Positions 1-11,700 of a stretch of 64,000 nt of DNA are shown here, piece by piece. This DNA comes from Paragordius varius. Its lineage: Eukaryota; Animalia; Nematomorpha. The translations under genes and the position numbers were made by a program. Numbering within the stretch: the stretch's first letter is position 1; each line of letters starts with the position of its first letter. The stretch spans positions 5,394,001 through 5,458,000 of the forward strand of contig OZ176053.1 of NCBI GenBank assembly GCA_964247055.1, read 5' to 3'. Below the pieces are notes generated by a model that did not search any database, was not told where the DNA came from, and was given only the letters and a program-made list of their open reading frames with translations.

Positions 1-375
1 ATGACTTGTAGACGTCTATGGATTGTTTTGCGATACATGTAATGCTTCTGCCAATCGCCCTTAGGTTTAATTTTGGCATCATCCAATGACTCTTCTACTT
101 TATCGTCCTCAGTTTTGTAATCTACCAAAGAGGTCACTCTTTGTTACATTGAAATAACAGAATTTAAATTTGCGAAACCATGTTGAAACATGTTTTAATC
201 GATGAAGTGCATGCTCATCGTTTCGCCCCGCAATCGATGATTTTAAAAAGTCATATTTTTTTGGTTGGAATAAGTAGCAATGCGTGCCGCAAATCAAATG
301 TTCTTTTTTAAGTACAAAATCCACCATATTATTATTTGATATTAAAAATATTTGGCAGACTCAAATGAATCTTGG

Positions 376-508
376 TCATTTATCAAATGAATAAAATGGC
401 GTTTGTGTCAAATTAATCGTCTGCGTACTTTTTGCTAATGTCCTCTCATATAAACTGTAATACTTATGACTACACCTGGGTGTATCAAACATCACATCTC
501 CAATTGCT
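376..508 (-). CDS. Candidate terminal exon of the NONO-like gene
   Basis: A ttaag acceptor at 510-509 is phase-compatible with the phase-2 end of exon 1934-1988. The frame stays open for 43 codons (AIGDVMFDTPRC...FYSFDK) to TGA. No homology recognised. Confidence 0.3.
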
Positions 509-1933
509 CTTAATATATAATTTTCATTTTATCAATTAAACAATTATAATATTTAAGCTATTCAAATATTATCTTAGAATATTTAGAGGAAAAAAGTTAA
601 CATATCGATTTATAAATATAATTATATAAATTGATTGTAATCAATTAATAAAAACAAAATCTGAAAAAACACGCAAACAATCTTGTCAAAATACATTTAA
701 AAGACATATTTCATAGCAAAGCTCAAAGACATAACTATAACATTGCAAATAGTATAAATACTTATTAAAATTAGGCTTGCTGCACATATAAAAAACAAAA
801 TTTTAATGTAATCTTTGATCGTATCAAAACAGTTGAAAAATTAATAAATTTAATGAAAATTATTGGTTTAACTACCCAAAACACATTAAATATACAATTT
901 TTAAGGCCCTTGAAACAAATAAATTTATACGGCCCATTATTGGTGAGTACCACTGCTATATTGGATCATTATAAACCATTAATTATGGCACTAGTAGTGC
1001 ACATCATTTTCTTGCCAATCGATAGTAAGTTATAATTCATTTTTGTTATAATAATAAAAAAGAGTTTCCGAGCTCTCATGGGAAAACGATAAATAAAAAA
1101 TATATCTAATCCATATGCATTGAAAGCTTAGGTTCGATTTCGTCATTTTAAATTTTAAATAAATTTCAGACTTTTTCTAATCAATTTTATTTGGGTTGCG
1201 TTGGTATTTATGCTTGATAATTCATTTAGGTTTAAAATTAAGTAATGTTTACCATGATCTATTAAATACGATCAAATAGTGTATGAGTGATACAAATTTT
1301 TACTTTTCAGTGCCTTTGCGAAAATGCCAAGTAAATGTTTTTTGACAGTACCACTAAAACTGTAATCTGCTATTAATTTACCCAAGATATAATCAAACCA
1401 ATACCACGGAGTGATAGAATTACGGATTGATTTTGTACTGTATATTTTTTCAATATGCTACGCGACACCAATTTTTTTAGAAAAGATACCATTTTTACAT
1501 ATTCTGTAGCCGCATAAAAAGTTTTACAATAAAATCCGACAATATTAAAATGATATCACATCGATGCAAATGTAAGATACGTGTGATTCACCTAATTTTT
1601 TAGGTCAAAAATTTGGTTAAAAAGGAGATTTGTGTTGGACACCCTGATTTAAACGAAAAACTATCATAAATTATAATAAACATACCAGTAAATATTAAAA
1701 AGATAACTCTCATGAAAAAATATGATATCATTCCTTTAATAAAATATACAAGTTTGAAAAAGAGAATTTAAATTTATGGGTCAACTAAGGTGTACGGATA
1801 TAAAATACACAGACGATGCATAACAAATATTTTCACGAAATTTTAATGTTAAAAAAACAATATTTAAAAATATTTAATATAATTCTCATTCAGAAATTTG
1901 AGTCAACAAATTAAATCATAAAAACAAATATAC

Positions 1934-4923
1934 TTTTGTAATAAAGCCTCTTCTACGCGTCTTAATTCTTCTTGGCGTTTGGCAAGTTCTATCCGTCAAT
2001 TATTGATTAAAACAATGAAAAAAAAATATTTATAATAAAGATTGAACAAATAATTTTTAGTTTTTAAAAATTCAATCAAGTTTTACATATATATAAGAGT
2101 TTTCAAAATTATATAAAAAGTAAAAATAAGATAAGTATGGCCAAAAATACATAGATAATTTAACTTACAAATTGATAAAATTACTTAATAATTATACCAG
2201 TGGTTCTCACTAAAATTATCTCGGCCGCACTTTATACAACATATTAAATAGCTTGTTTTTTTACCCCTCAAAATATCGCGTTCAAAATAACGTGAAAAAA
2301 CCACAAAACAAACATAAGAAATTATGAAAATTCTTTAAATTAAATTTTTCACTGTGTTTACATTCTTGATGTCAGTAATAATCTACATTTATAATTATAG
2401 AGCATATGGAACCTTTAGATTACACTCTTTAAAATAACGTAGGACATAAAAATATAAATCACTTTAAATGTATTTTATACAATCTTAAATGTATCAAACC
2501 ATTTATATAGTAAGATGATATAGTCAAAATTCAAAAATCTCGCGTAAAATTTCCGCGCAAAGTAAAAATTGAAAATAGCATTTAATTACTAAGATCGTTT
2601 CTAAATATATTTTAAGGTTTAGGATGCAAAAATATTGGACAAATTTGAGGAAATTAGGCATTTGGTAATATATATTAACCAAAGACAAATTAGTTAATTA
2701 TCATTATTAAGTAATATATGGATAATTGAGTTTTAGAAAAATAACATTAAGAAATCAAAAAAATATTTAATGGTAATATTAATTTTGTTGATCTGAATTT
2801 GACACACAGGAATTATCATATCTATTTTGAAAAAGAGTTAAAAAATAAATCTGTTTATGTCAATTATTTAATAACGGAAAGTTTTTAAATCTAAATATCC
2901 CCTAAATGGGTGTCTCCTGTTACTATTTATAAATGGTTGAAGTTTAAAAAATTATCTTGCCAAGATCGGTATTCATAATTTTAATGATGGCAGTTTAGCA
3001 GTATAAACCGTATTAAATAAAATTACAGTAAAGATATAAAATATCTCTCAAAAATAGAAATTAAAATGTATTTTTTGGTTTTGTAGACAACTACAATCCA
3101 TTAAAAATGCGGTGAAATCAGAGAAATCTAAAATAATTCGAATAAAAATCTTTCTTCCTGTTAACACACATGAGTAATTAATAGAATATATATACATAGA
3201 TTAATGCTAGATATTTATAAACATCATTAAACATTGTATAACCTTTGAAGTTAGTGTTATTTTTTAATTCATTTTACAGCATGTAATTAATTCAGAATAG
3301 GATGCTAGATTATTTTTTATAAAACTTTTTTTATTGGTCTCATTTAAAGTAACTAGGAATATCAAAATTTCACAAAAAAGAAATTCTACTATTATTGGCA
3401 TGTTTAAAATATGGTTTTTAGCCTATCTTATGGATATCAAATTTTGTTTTTTATATATATATATATATATATATATTTACTTAAATTTGCCTTTTTAATT
3501 CGAATACTATTTATTACTAAATGTTAATTTTCTTTTTTATTTTGTTGTTTATTCTTAATTTTTAGAGACTATTTGATGCCATGTTTATCATTTATAAGTG
3601 GATATAAAAAATTATAATATAAAATTTTTTATCTTTATACAAATTGTTTGATGAGATGTTTCAAAAGATATTCATCCACATTTAACATTTTAAAACACAC
3701 GACGAAAGTCAAATAATCTTTTATTATGCCAATTATATCCACTTAATAGGCCCAAAAAAGCATTTACTGGAAAGGTATATTTACAGATCCGTTAACAAGT
3801 CATAAATACTATGCATATATATATAGCTTATCCATTTGCACAAATTTAGCACACTTAAAACCGTCTTTATGTCAAATATTTAACAATTAACATATGACAT
3901 ACCCATTCGCAACATTTGTGCTTGGTACTCTTGATAAATGCCCTCCATCTCAGATTCAAGGCGAGACCGGTCTTCCAAAATTTTTTTCTCCAGCAAATCC
4001 CTTTGAATTTTTTCTTGTTGATAGAGTGCTTTCCATTTATTCCCATAATCATATTCAAATGTGCCAGGTGGCATAAACATTGGTTCTACTGATGTTTCTC
4101 TGTAATGTAAATTAAAAATAAATTTAGGCAAAATGATCAAAATTAAATTAATTATTCCAAAGACTGTGAGAAATACAGTGTATATTAAGCCTATATAAAT
4201 CCATTAGTACTAAAATTCTTATAAGAGATCATCGTTTTTTGCAAAATAATATTTTAAATTATTTGTATATAAAAAATTAAATTTACCGATAAAATATAAA
4301 ACGTTAATTTACTTTAAAAATTCAGCCGTTTTCGTGAGTATTTTTAATGAAACACCCAAATCATAATCTTTTGGTTCGATTGGCTCAACTACGACTGGTC
4401 GAGATGATTTTGTGAGAAGTAAAACACCTTCATTAACTTTTTTCATTGCGACAATGGCAGAATTCTTTTTGGAAAATTCGACGATTCCTTCGCAAGTACT
4501 TTTACCTCGTTCATCGGCAATAACAACTGCTTTATCAATTAGACCAAAGGGGGCAAAAGCTTTGTATAAAATTTCATTGGTAACATGGGGTGAGAGATTT
4601 AAGACTTTTAGTGCAGCACCGTTTGTGCTAATACGAACGCGAAGTGTTTTATTTTTATACATTAGTCCATCAAGATCCATACATGCTTTATCGGCCATAT
4701 ATTTGGATGACTAAAATTATTATATAATATATACCAATTTAATAAATCCGAATCCTTTTTTCGAAACAAATACTTCTGAAAGTTCTCCGTAAGATTTAAA
4801 TATGTCTTTAAATTCGCTCTCTGTCATATCGGAATTAAAATTGGCAACAAACAAGCGAACCTTACCGGTTGGTGCGACATTTGGATTTTCCTTTGACAAT
4901 AAAACATGATTGGGTTTATCCAT
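1934..4923 (-). CDS. NONO: DBHS-family RNA-binding protein (NONO/SFPQ/PSPC1/nonA-like): RRM1, RRM2, NOPS and coiled coil; 3' end unresolved
   Basis: Exons 4923-4735, 4710-4313, 4099-3903 and 1988-1934 are all bounded by GT/AG and phase-compatible. Motifs: RLFVANF..GFGFIKL|SSKYMADKACMDLDG (RRM1), ALKVLNLSPHVTNEILYKAF..EGIVEF (RRM2), PGTFEYDYGNKWKAL (NOPS), ELAKRQEELRRVEE (coiled coil). The symbol is family-level. Confidence 0.92.
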
Positions 4924-5144
4924 ATTGCAGAAACGGTATGATCCAAAAGTATCAATATGTAATTTAAATTTAATAAATAAATTTTTTTGCGCATAAAAAT
5001 TCCATTTTTCACTTTCCTTACTTATGCTTAATAAACAAATTTTTTTAAGAAAAATGTTTGCTCTAAAAGTATTTACAAATGTAAAATAAATTAAATAATG
5101 TAAAACGATGATATAATCAAATAATTGATTCGACAGACATTAAT

Positions 5145-5667
5145 AATCATGAGTTATACGGATATAAACATTTCTTTCTGTCCTTCGATTCAAATAAGAA
5201 TCATTGGGCCCCGAGACCTGTTTAAAATTAAATATTTCAAAAAATATTTAAAACCATGGCAAAAGTTTGCACTTATAATGATGCGAAATATAAATAAAAA
5301 TCATTCAAAAATATTCGATATGACTTATTTTAAGGTAAAACACAAAGATAAAAATCAACATGACATGGCATTAAATTAATTTAAAAATAATTAAAAAAAC
5401 ACATTTTTTCTGTTTCAATTAATGTAAGAAGTGATTTAAATAAAAAAATTTGTCTAATAACTTTAAACTTAAATAACGATATTTTACATTATGTTTTATA
5501 ATAAAAATGGTCTCAAGGTTGACACAAAATTTAATTTATATAATGCGATCTATTTATATAATTATTAGGATAGAAGCATACCTTTAAAATGCGACCATTT
5601 ATTTTAGTAGTTTTTGATATCAACTTAAATATAGTCTTAGTTTTGCCAATTTGATTCAAGGTGTTAA
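5145..5667 (-). mobile_element. TTAA-flanked piggyBac-like MITE (family A), degenerate copy
   Basis: It shares the gtccttcgattcaaat end, the internal accatggcaaaa..tgcacttata block and the caatttgattcaaggtgTTAA end with the copies at 17683-18242 and 27846-28425. The left boundary is approximate. Confidence 0.65.
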
Positions 5668-5946
5668 TATTTGTCCTAAAAATATATACCCGAATATTTA
5701 TACTGCTTTTAATGAGATTTAATAAATATCTACTTGTAATTATTGTTTCATAATCAAAAATCTAATATTATAATTTTTTAGCATAAGATAATATATATTT
5801 ATAGAGAAACATTTTAATATCTTTTCAATCAAGCCTAAAATTTATAATAATATAGAAAATAAGTATTTGTTTTTCCATAAAAAAATAGGGATTTATATGC
5901 TGATATATAATGAATTCAAACTATAATTTAATTCCAGTTAGTTTTA

Positions 5947-6399
5947 CACTCCATTACCTTTTTAAGATACTTTTATATCCTAGAGCGATTTGAATTGGAA
6001 TATGTTTAAAAGTATTTTAGGTATCAGGCTTAATTTATATTATGCTTTATTCCCTTTTGAAATTGAAAAATAATTTTTTCATAATAATGTATAAATCATC
6101 ATCACAAATCTTTTTGCCGCCATTTTTTGAATCGCTAATGCATCAGGCAAATAAATATAAATTTTGGATAAAAATGTAAATAGTTAATTATACAATACTT
6201 ATCTGTTTGTGTTAAAGGTGTTTCGGAGCATGCCGATTTTAAACTAGAAGTCCCGAATAAAAAAAATTTCCATCTAATACATGAGAATAATATTTGATAA
6301 TTTAATTTTACTAAATAACTTTCAAAACTGTGGGTCAATAACAAAGCTCTAGAATATAAAACTACCCCAAAAGGTAAATTTGGTCTAAATGGTAATATG
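5947..6399 (+). mobile_element. TTAA-type MITE (family B)
   Basis: Runs cactccattaccttt...aaaactaccccaaaaggtaaa...TTAA and is colinear with the copy at 22338-22885, including internal tttttgccgccatttt and catctaataca. Confidence 0.7.
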
Positions 6400-6615
6400 T
6401 TAAATTACCTAGAAATAAGGCGGCTAGTTTAAAATAAATATTTTCCCCAATTTGATATTATTCAACACTTTAAATATTTATTGTATATAAAATTCTCGGG
6501 ATATTTTGTGCCATAGAACTTCGATTTATATATAAACTGTTTTAAAAGATGGGATCGAAATTTCATTGTTTCTGGTAATAGCAAAGTTAATATTTTTAGT
6601 TACCAACCTGTAAAG

Positions 6616-6830
6616 CAGGGGTGTCAAACACGCGGCTTTCAGGCTTTTTGTGCGGCCCGAAAATTTATAAATTTAATTTTGATAAACATGTTCGCTTGTT
6701 ATTTTATATTTCCATTTTACAGATTTATATATGAAAAATAATAATACAAATGCCCGCATAATTTCAAGTGCGGCCCTCCGATTTTTTTGAAAAATGCGGC
6801 CCGTGAAGCCATTTGTATTGGACCCTTCTG
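6616..6830. mobile_element. hAT (Buster/Charlie-type) MITE, 215 bp
   Basis: Ends are CAGGGGTGTCAAACA and tattggacccttctg, with internal GCGGCCC repeats. The flanking 8-mers ctgtaaag/ctctaaag match at 7/8 positions with a central TA. Confidence 0.8.
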
Positions 6831-7798
6831 CTCTAAAGTATGAAATTTATATGCCTTATACCCGATTAGGAAAATCGGAATGTCTTGATCTCTGATTTAG
6901 AAAAACACCCCTAAAATCAATTAAAATCAAAATAACTCCTAAAATGTAGTTTTAAAACGTAACATTATATTTAAATATTTAAAATTTTCCTTTGGTGCTC
7001 ATTCATAATTAAAATTCAAATATATAAAATAACCTTAGCATTGGGCCAAATTAAAAATATGATTTCTCTAGACTTTTAGGCACATGATACATTTTTTTAA
7101 AATATCTAAGTGTGAAAAAATCCTTATCTCAAACTTTTTAGCCGCCTTTTTTTTATTTTTTTAATACCTCATGATCTTTTTACTTTTTGTCCACGATTCA
7201 GCGATGGCATGTTGGGATAATTTTATACAGAGATAAACCACTGTTTTGAAGATAATATTAGTTATTAATTATCAGCTTATAACAGTTATGTAACTTCTTG
7301 GGTCTATAATTGAAACAGCTCCAAAACACGATTACAGGTGATTTTAAGATCAGTAATAAGGTCTTCGCTGGTAAAATATAACCTGAAAGATAAATAAAAT
7401 TAATTATTTATTTTTTTAAACCATAATATACATTTTTGCCTATCGCAGCGATTTAAAAAAATCAAGAAAAAAACGGCAAGAAAGTTTGAAATAACGATTT
7501 TACAATTTTACATTACTTAAAAAAATGTTTTACACAGTGTCCACAAAAAAATACCAGATAGTGCTTTTGACTATAGCCCACAGTGATTTAAGAAAATTAT
7601 TTATACTTTTGCGGTAAGTACTCCATATCAGAAAATGGAAAAATTGGAGCATCTTTTTATAAATAAATTTTTTTGGTGAAGGCTAGAGGCATTCCAAAAA
7701 ATCACTAAAATATATCATAAACTACATATAAAAAGCAAAACAATAAATAAAATTAAATTATTAGTTCCAAAACCCAAATTTTTTTATCTTCTAAAAAA

Positions 7799-8248
7799 AG
7801 CTAGTCCTCTTAAAATAAACGCAAATATACCGGTATTGCGCGATAAAATTTTTAAATATATGCTAAATTTTTATATATCTAAATTTAAAAAATGCATAAT
7901 ATTTTCAAAAATTTAATTTTTGGCATTTTGTTATAGCGTACTACATTCTATTTTTCGCGGTGCAAACGGTTAAAAACGCTTTAAGAGAATAAAACACACT
8001 TTCTTTAAATTCAGGTTTTTTTGATTAAAAATTTTGGTGAATTTTTGTAAATACAAAATTGATTTAACTTAAATTTGAAGACAACAAAAATTTTAACCAA
8101 AATTCTTAGGTGATAGATATGTTCATCCTATAGTATTATATAAGTGTTTATGTAATATCTTAAAGCATTTTTTTAACCGTCATTGTGAAAGCATATATTA
8201 TAAATTTTTATCGCGCAATTCCGGCATTCTTGCGTAAGAGGACTAGCT
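7799..8248. mobile_element. About 450-bp element with long imperfect terminal inverted repeats, superfamily unassigned
   Basis: AGCTAGTCCTCTT..acgca..ccgg..ttgcgcgataaaatttt at the left mirrors aaatttttatcgcgcaattccgg..tgcgtAAGAGGACTAGCT at the right. Confidence 0.7.
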
Positions 8249-9062
8249 AATTTTAGAAGAGCAACCAAGTTTGGAACTTTTGGAGCCTACATCTAAAAAT
8301 TATTTAATTATATTTTTTGGAATGAAGTCTCTGGATTTCAAAAAAATTATATAAAAAATATGCACAAATTGTGACATTTTCTGATACCAAAAAAGAACAA
8401 ATAACTTTCTTAACTTACTCCTAATGGCCAAAACCCAAAGCACCATGATAATCCTGATACATTTTCCTATCAGAATATATATATATTTCATAAATTATTT
8501 TTTTTACCCCGGGGAAGCAGTGTTAAGAACATAACAGGCTAAAGAAAGCCTATTTTAAATTTGGCACCCTGTCTGGAGTAGAAAACTACCCAAAATGTGA
8601 TCGCGTACAAAAATAAAAAGATTATGAAGTGTCAACCATCATATTATACAACTTTTTGCCATTATAATAGCGATTTATAAAAACTTATAAAATGGCGGCT
8701 AAAAAGTTTGAGATTAGAATTATATTCTTTTTGAATCATGGGCCTAAAAAGCTTAAAAATGCATATTTATTTTCTACCGATATCATAGATAAGATAACTA
8801 TCCCAATATTGAGAATTAATACGAACTATCTAAATTATATAAGATATTTTTAAAAAAATGTAGAACGTCGGTTTTAAGTTAAATATATAAATTCAATCAT
8901 TTTCTAATTTTCTACTCTAAATTATTATATCAAATAATAAATTGTTATATTTTTTAAAAAGGGTTTTTATACTGAAGCTGCATTTTTTTTCTTAAGTGGG
9001 ATTATTATGGTTTTAGGGGTTTACTTCATTTATAATTTATACATATGATCAAAGGGTGGACA

Positions 9063-9095
<33 letters not shown>

Positions 9096-9499
9096 GATAT
9101 ATATATGTAAATCGTTTTCCATTTTGGCCACGAGATATTCGACATATATAGTAATAGGAAATGATTTAAGAAACAGATTTGTTTCAATACATCCCAGTTT
9201 GCTTTTTAAAAAGGCAAAAGTACTTCTGAGCCCATTTTTATTCTGTATAGGATACAGTTGCATTTTCTGAATAAACGAAAAATGTTTTATCACATATTTG
9301 TGGATCTAATACAAGCATTTGATTCTTGCTTGTCACCCTTTTGGGAAACCCCTGTAAGAAAATAATGTTAATGAGTCATTCAGTTAAAAATGAATTTATA
9401 TACAAGCACAAAGAGTTGTGTGAGTAAAAATTTAGGGTAAACACACTTCTTTGATATAAAAAAGGGCAGGGTTTCAACCTAAGCCCCCTCTTACTTATC

Positions 9500-9700
9500 A
9501 TACTGTACTACGTCTCTAAAGATAACTCCCTTCCACCTTCATACCAACTACTTTGTGCTGATGACCTTGGCATTACAGCCACTCCGAAGATGAATTAAGA
9601 AACACATTCTTAAAATGGAAAAACTTACAAACTACGATCTCATTAAAATTCGACAAAGACCAAAATAATGATGACGAGAGACAAAACCGTGACACCCCAT
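9500..9700 (+). mobile_element. Decayed non-LTR retrotransposon reverse transcriptase fragment (RTE-like)
   Basis: QLLCADDLGITA (YADD-type motif, 9545-9580), followed after a frameshift by HSEDELR and later KTKIMM. Confidence 0.7.
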
Positions 9701-9912
9701 CATCCCTGTGCTCACTCTGTCATAGAAAGCTAAAATTCAATTCCCTTCTACACCCCTATGGGTGTATAAATGCATAAACATTTACAAAAAGCTTGTCAAT
9801 AATGAAATTATAATTGTTTACCCTCCAAAAACCAATCCACAGTAAAAATAATATGCCAAGATCACTAGTGGTTGAAAATATTTAGTATGAAATACTAACG
9901 AGTTTGACTTTC

Positions 9913-11291
9913 TGTTACATGCAAATTTGAAATATATATACTTTGTTTTTATATCATAATTTTCTGTGTTACATGCAAATTTAAAATACATACTTTGGTT
10001 GTATATCATAATTTTCTGCGTTATTTGAATTGTATTATTTTTATATTTTTTGGGTACTATGTAAATATTGTATCCTTTGTTACTTGAAATTTTATTATTA
10101 TTATAGCAAATTAGGTACACCTAAAATTAGTATATATAAACCACAAAAAAACCGAATAAATAATCATTTCACGTTTTTATACTTTCTTTTTTTCAAATTA
10201 ACATATGGTAGCCAAGCGAATCCGAACTAATCTAACAACTAATCCTACATAACAGTGGAGCTCCCACCGAGTTCCAAACTCGGATGGTGGAAGATTCCAA
10301 AATGCAACAACCACGATAATGTCAATTGCCAATATCACCAACATATCCATCAAAAAATATAATGATAATACCAATTATAACATAGGTAATAATTTTAATC
10401 GATTACAACAATCAAAACCTCGGACACATTCGCGCAAGGGTTATGGGAGTATTCATGGGCCAAGCAAATGTCCCGCCTACCGCAATTGCAAATGCAGAAA
10501 ACCCAACTGCCAGCGCACTGAAAGTGAACGGGCTATGAATCTGGAGCGACTCTAGATATATCAACAAATGGCTGGGGAGGACTCCCACATCATTCAACAT
10601 TTGATGGATGGGTAAGTTAGATTGGCGCGGACAAGCTTGTAATAAGATTGATCGGTAAGACGCCCACCTCCCCAGGCCGAGCTAAAGAGGCGCTACACCG
10701 AGGATATTCCCATTACAAAAGGACACTGTTCAGTTTCCCCACAGCGCCGATAGTATTTCAGTGCGACTGTACCAGTTTAAAAGAAATGGTATAGGTTGGC
10801 GTGAGGCATAGATCAAATGAAACGCGTCGACACACATAACACAGGATGTTATCTTTCAAACTATGATTCATCGACACCGCAAACTCAACGACAACGGTCA
10901 CTCAAACAATAATAATGATAGTGGACAATAACAGTAATATTAATGGTAACAGTATTAATAATAATAACAATAGCAATAATGACAAATCAATGAAAATCCG
11001 CACGAGCGTCGTTACCCCGAGAGAATTAGGCGGAAGCCGGTCCGGTTCTCCTAAGGGTGAAGTGATATTACATGCAAATTTGAAATACATACTTTGGTTG
11101 TATATCATAATTTTCTGCGTTATTTGAATTGTTTTATTTTTATATTTTTTGGGTACTATGTAAATATTGTATAAATTTTATTGTTATAATGCAAATTAAT
11201 TACACACCTAAAATTAGTATATATAAACCACAAAAAAACCGAATAGATAATCATTTCACGTTTCTTATATTATCTCCTCTTCAAGTTAACA
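9913..11291 (+). mobile_element. Miniature, internally deleted LTR retroelement (Ty3/gypsy-like remnant)
   Basis: Direct repeats at 9913-10203 and 11063-11291 start with TG and end in TAACA. A PBS-like TGGTAGC lies at 10206 and a purine tract AAGGGTGAAG at 11053-11062. The flanks are ctttc/atttc. The internal HGPSKCPAYRNCKCRKPN resembles a gypsy Gag knuckle. Confidence 0.7.
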
Positions 11292-11700
11292 ATTTCTTAA
11301 AGAGCATCTTTTCCAGTGTTGGAAATTTAAACACCACACTATCAGATCGCATAAGAAATGGATGGATAATATTCAATCAATTAAAATTTATATTCACCCA
11401 CAAATTCCCATATCCTCAAAAATAAACTCATCCTGTATAAGGTTGTGATTCGCCTATTTTTAGCCTATGCTTGTGAAACGCTACCGCTTAAAAACAGGAC
11501 AAACCCGACTCCAAAACACAGAAAATCGCATGCTGATAAAATAATATCCCATTACAATCACATCTTATTGTAAAAAATGCGTCTCCAATACTACGGCCAT
11601 ACCATGCGAATGAATGACGGAGCTTGTGCCAAAGATATATATTGGAGCAAGGCTCCGACGGCCCAAATCGACGGGAACGCCCACCCCTAACTTCTAAATC
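11292..11700 (+). mobile_element. Decayed RTE-clade LINE, C-terminal part of ORF2
   Basis: Frameshifted blocks DRIRNGWIIFNQL, KLILYKVVIRLFLAYACET, LQNTENRML and MRLQYYGHTMRM match the RTE pattern RI..GW / LY..VIRP.L.Y..ETW / RLRW.GHV.RM. Confidence 0.8.

Noticed and set aside
4412-4714. Antisense ORFs opposite real exons (also 35703-35960, 44886-45083, 49788-50066, 61882-62145)
   Set aside because: These are shadow frames of GC-richer coding exons with no independent support.
7533-7585. Two CACAGTG heptamers resembling Transib/RSS ends
   Set aside because: No matching inverted end, nonamer or TSD was found.
10902-11127. ORFs with poly-Asn or poly-Leu tracts
   Set aside because: They arise from an (AAT)n-type low-complexity tract and the LTR of the miniature retroelement.
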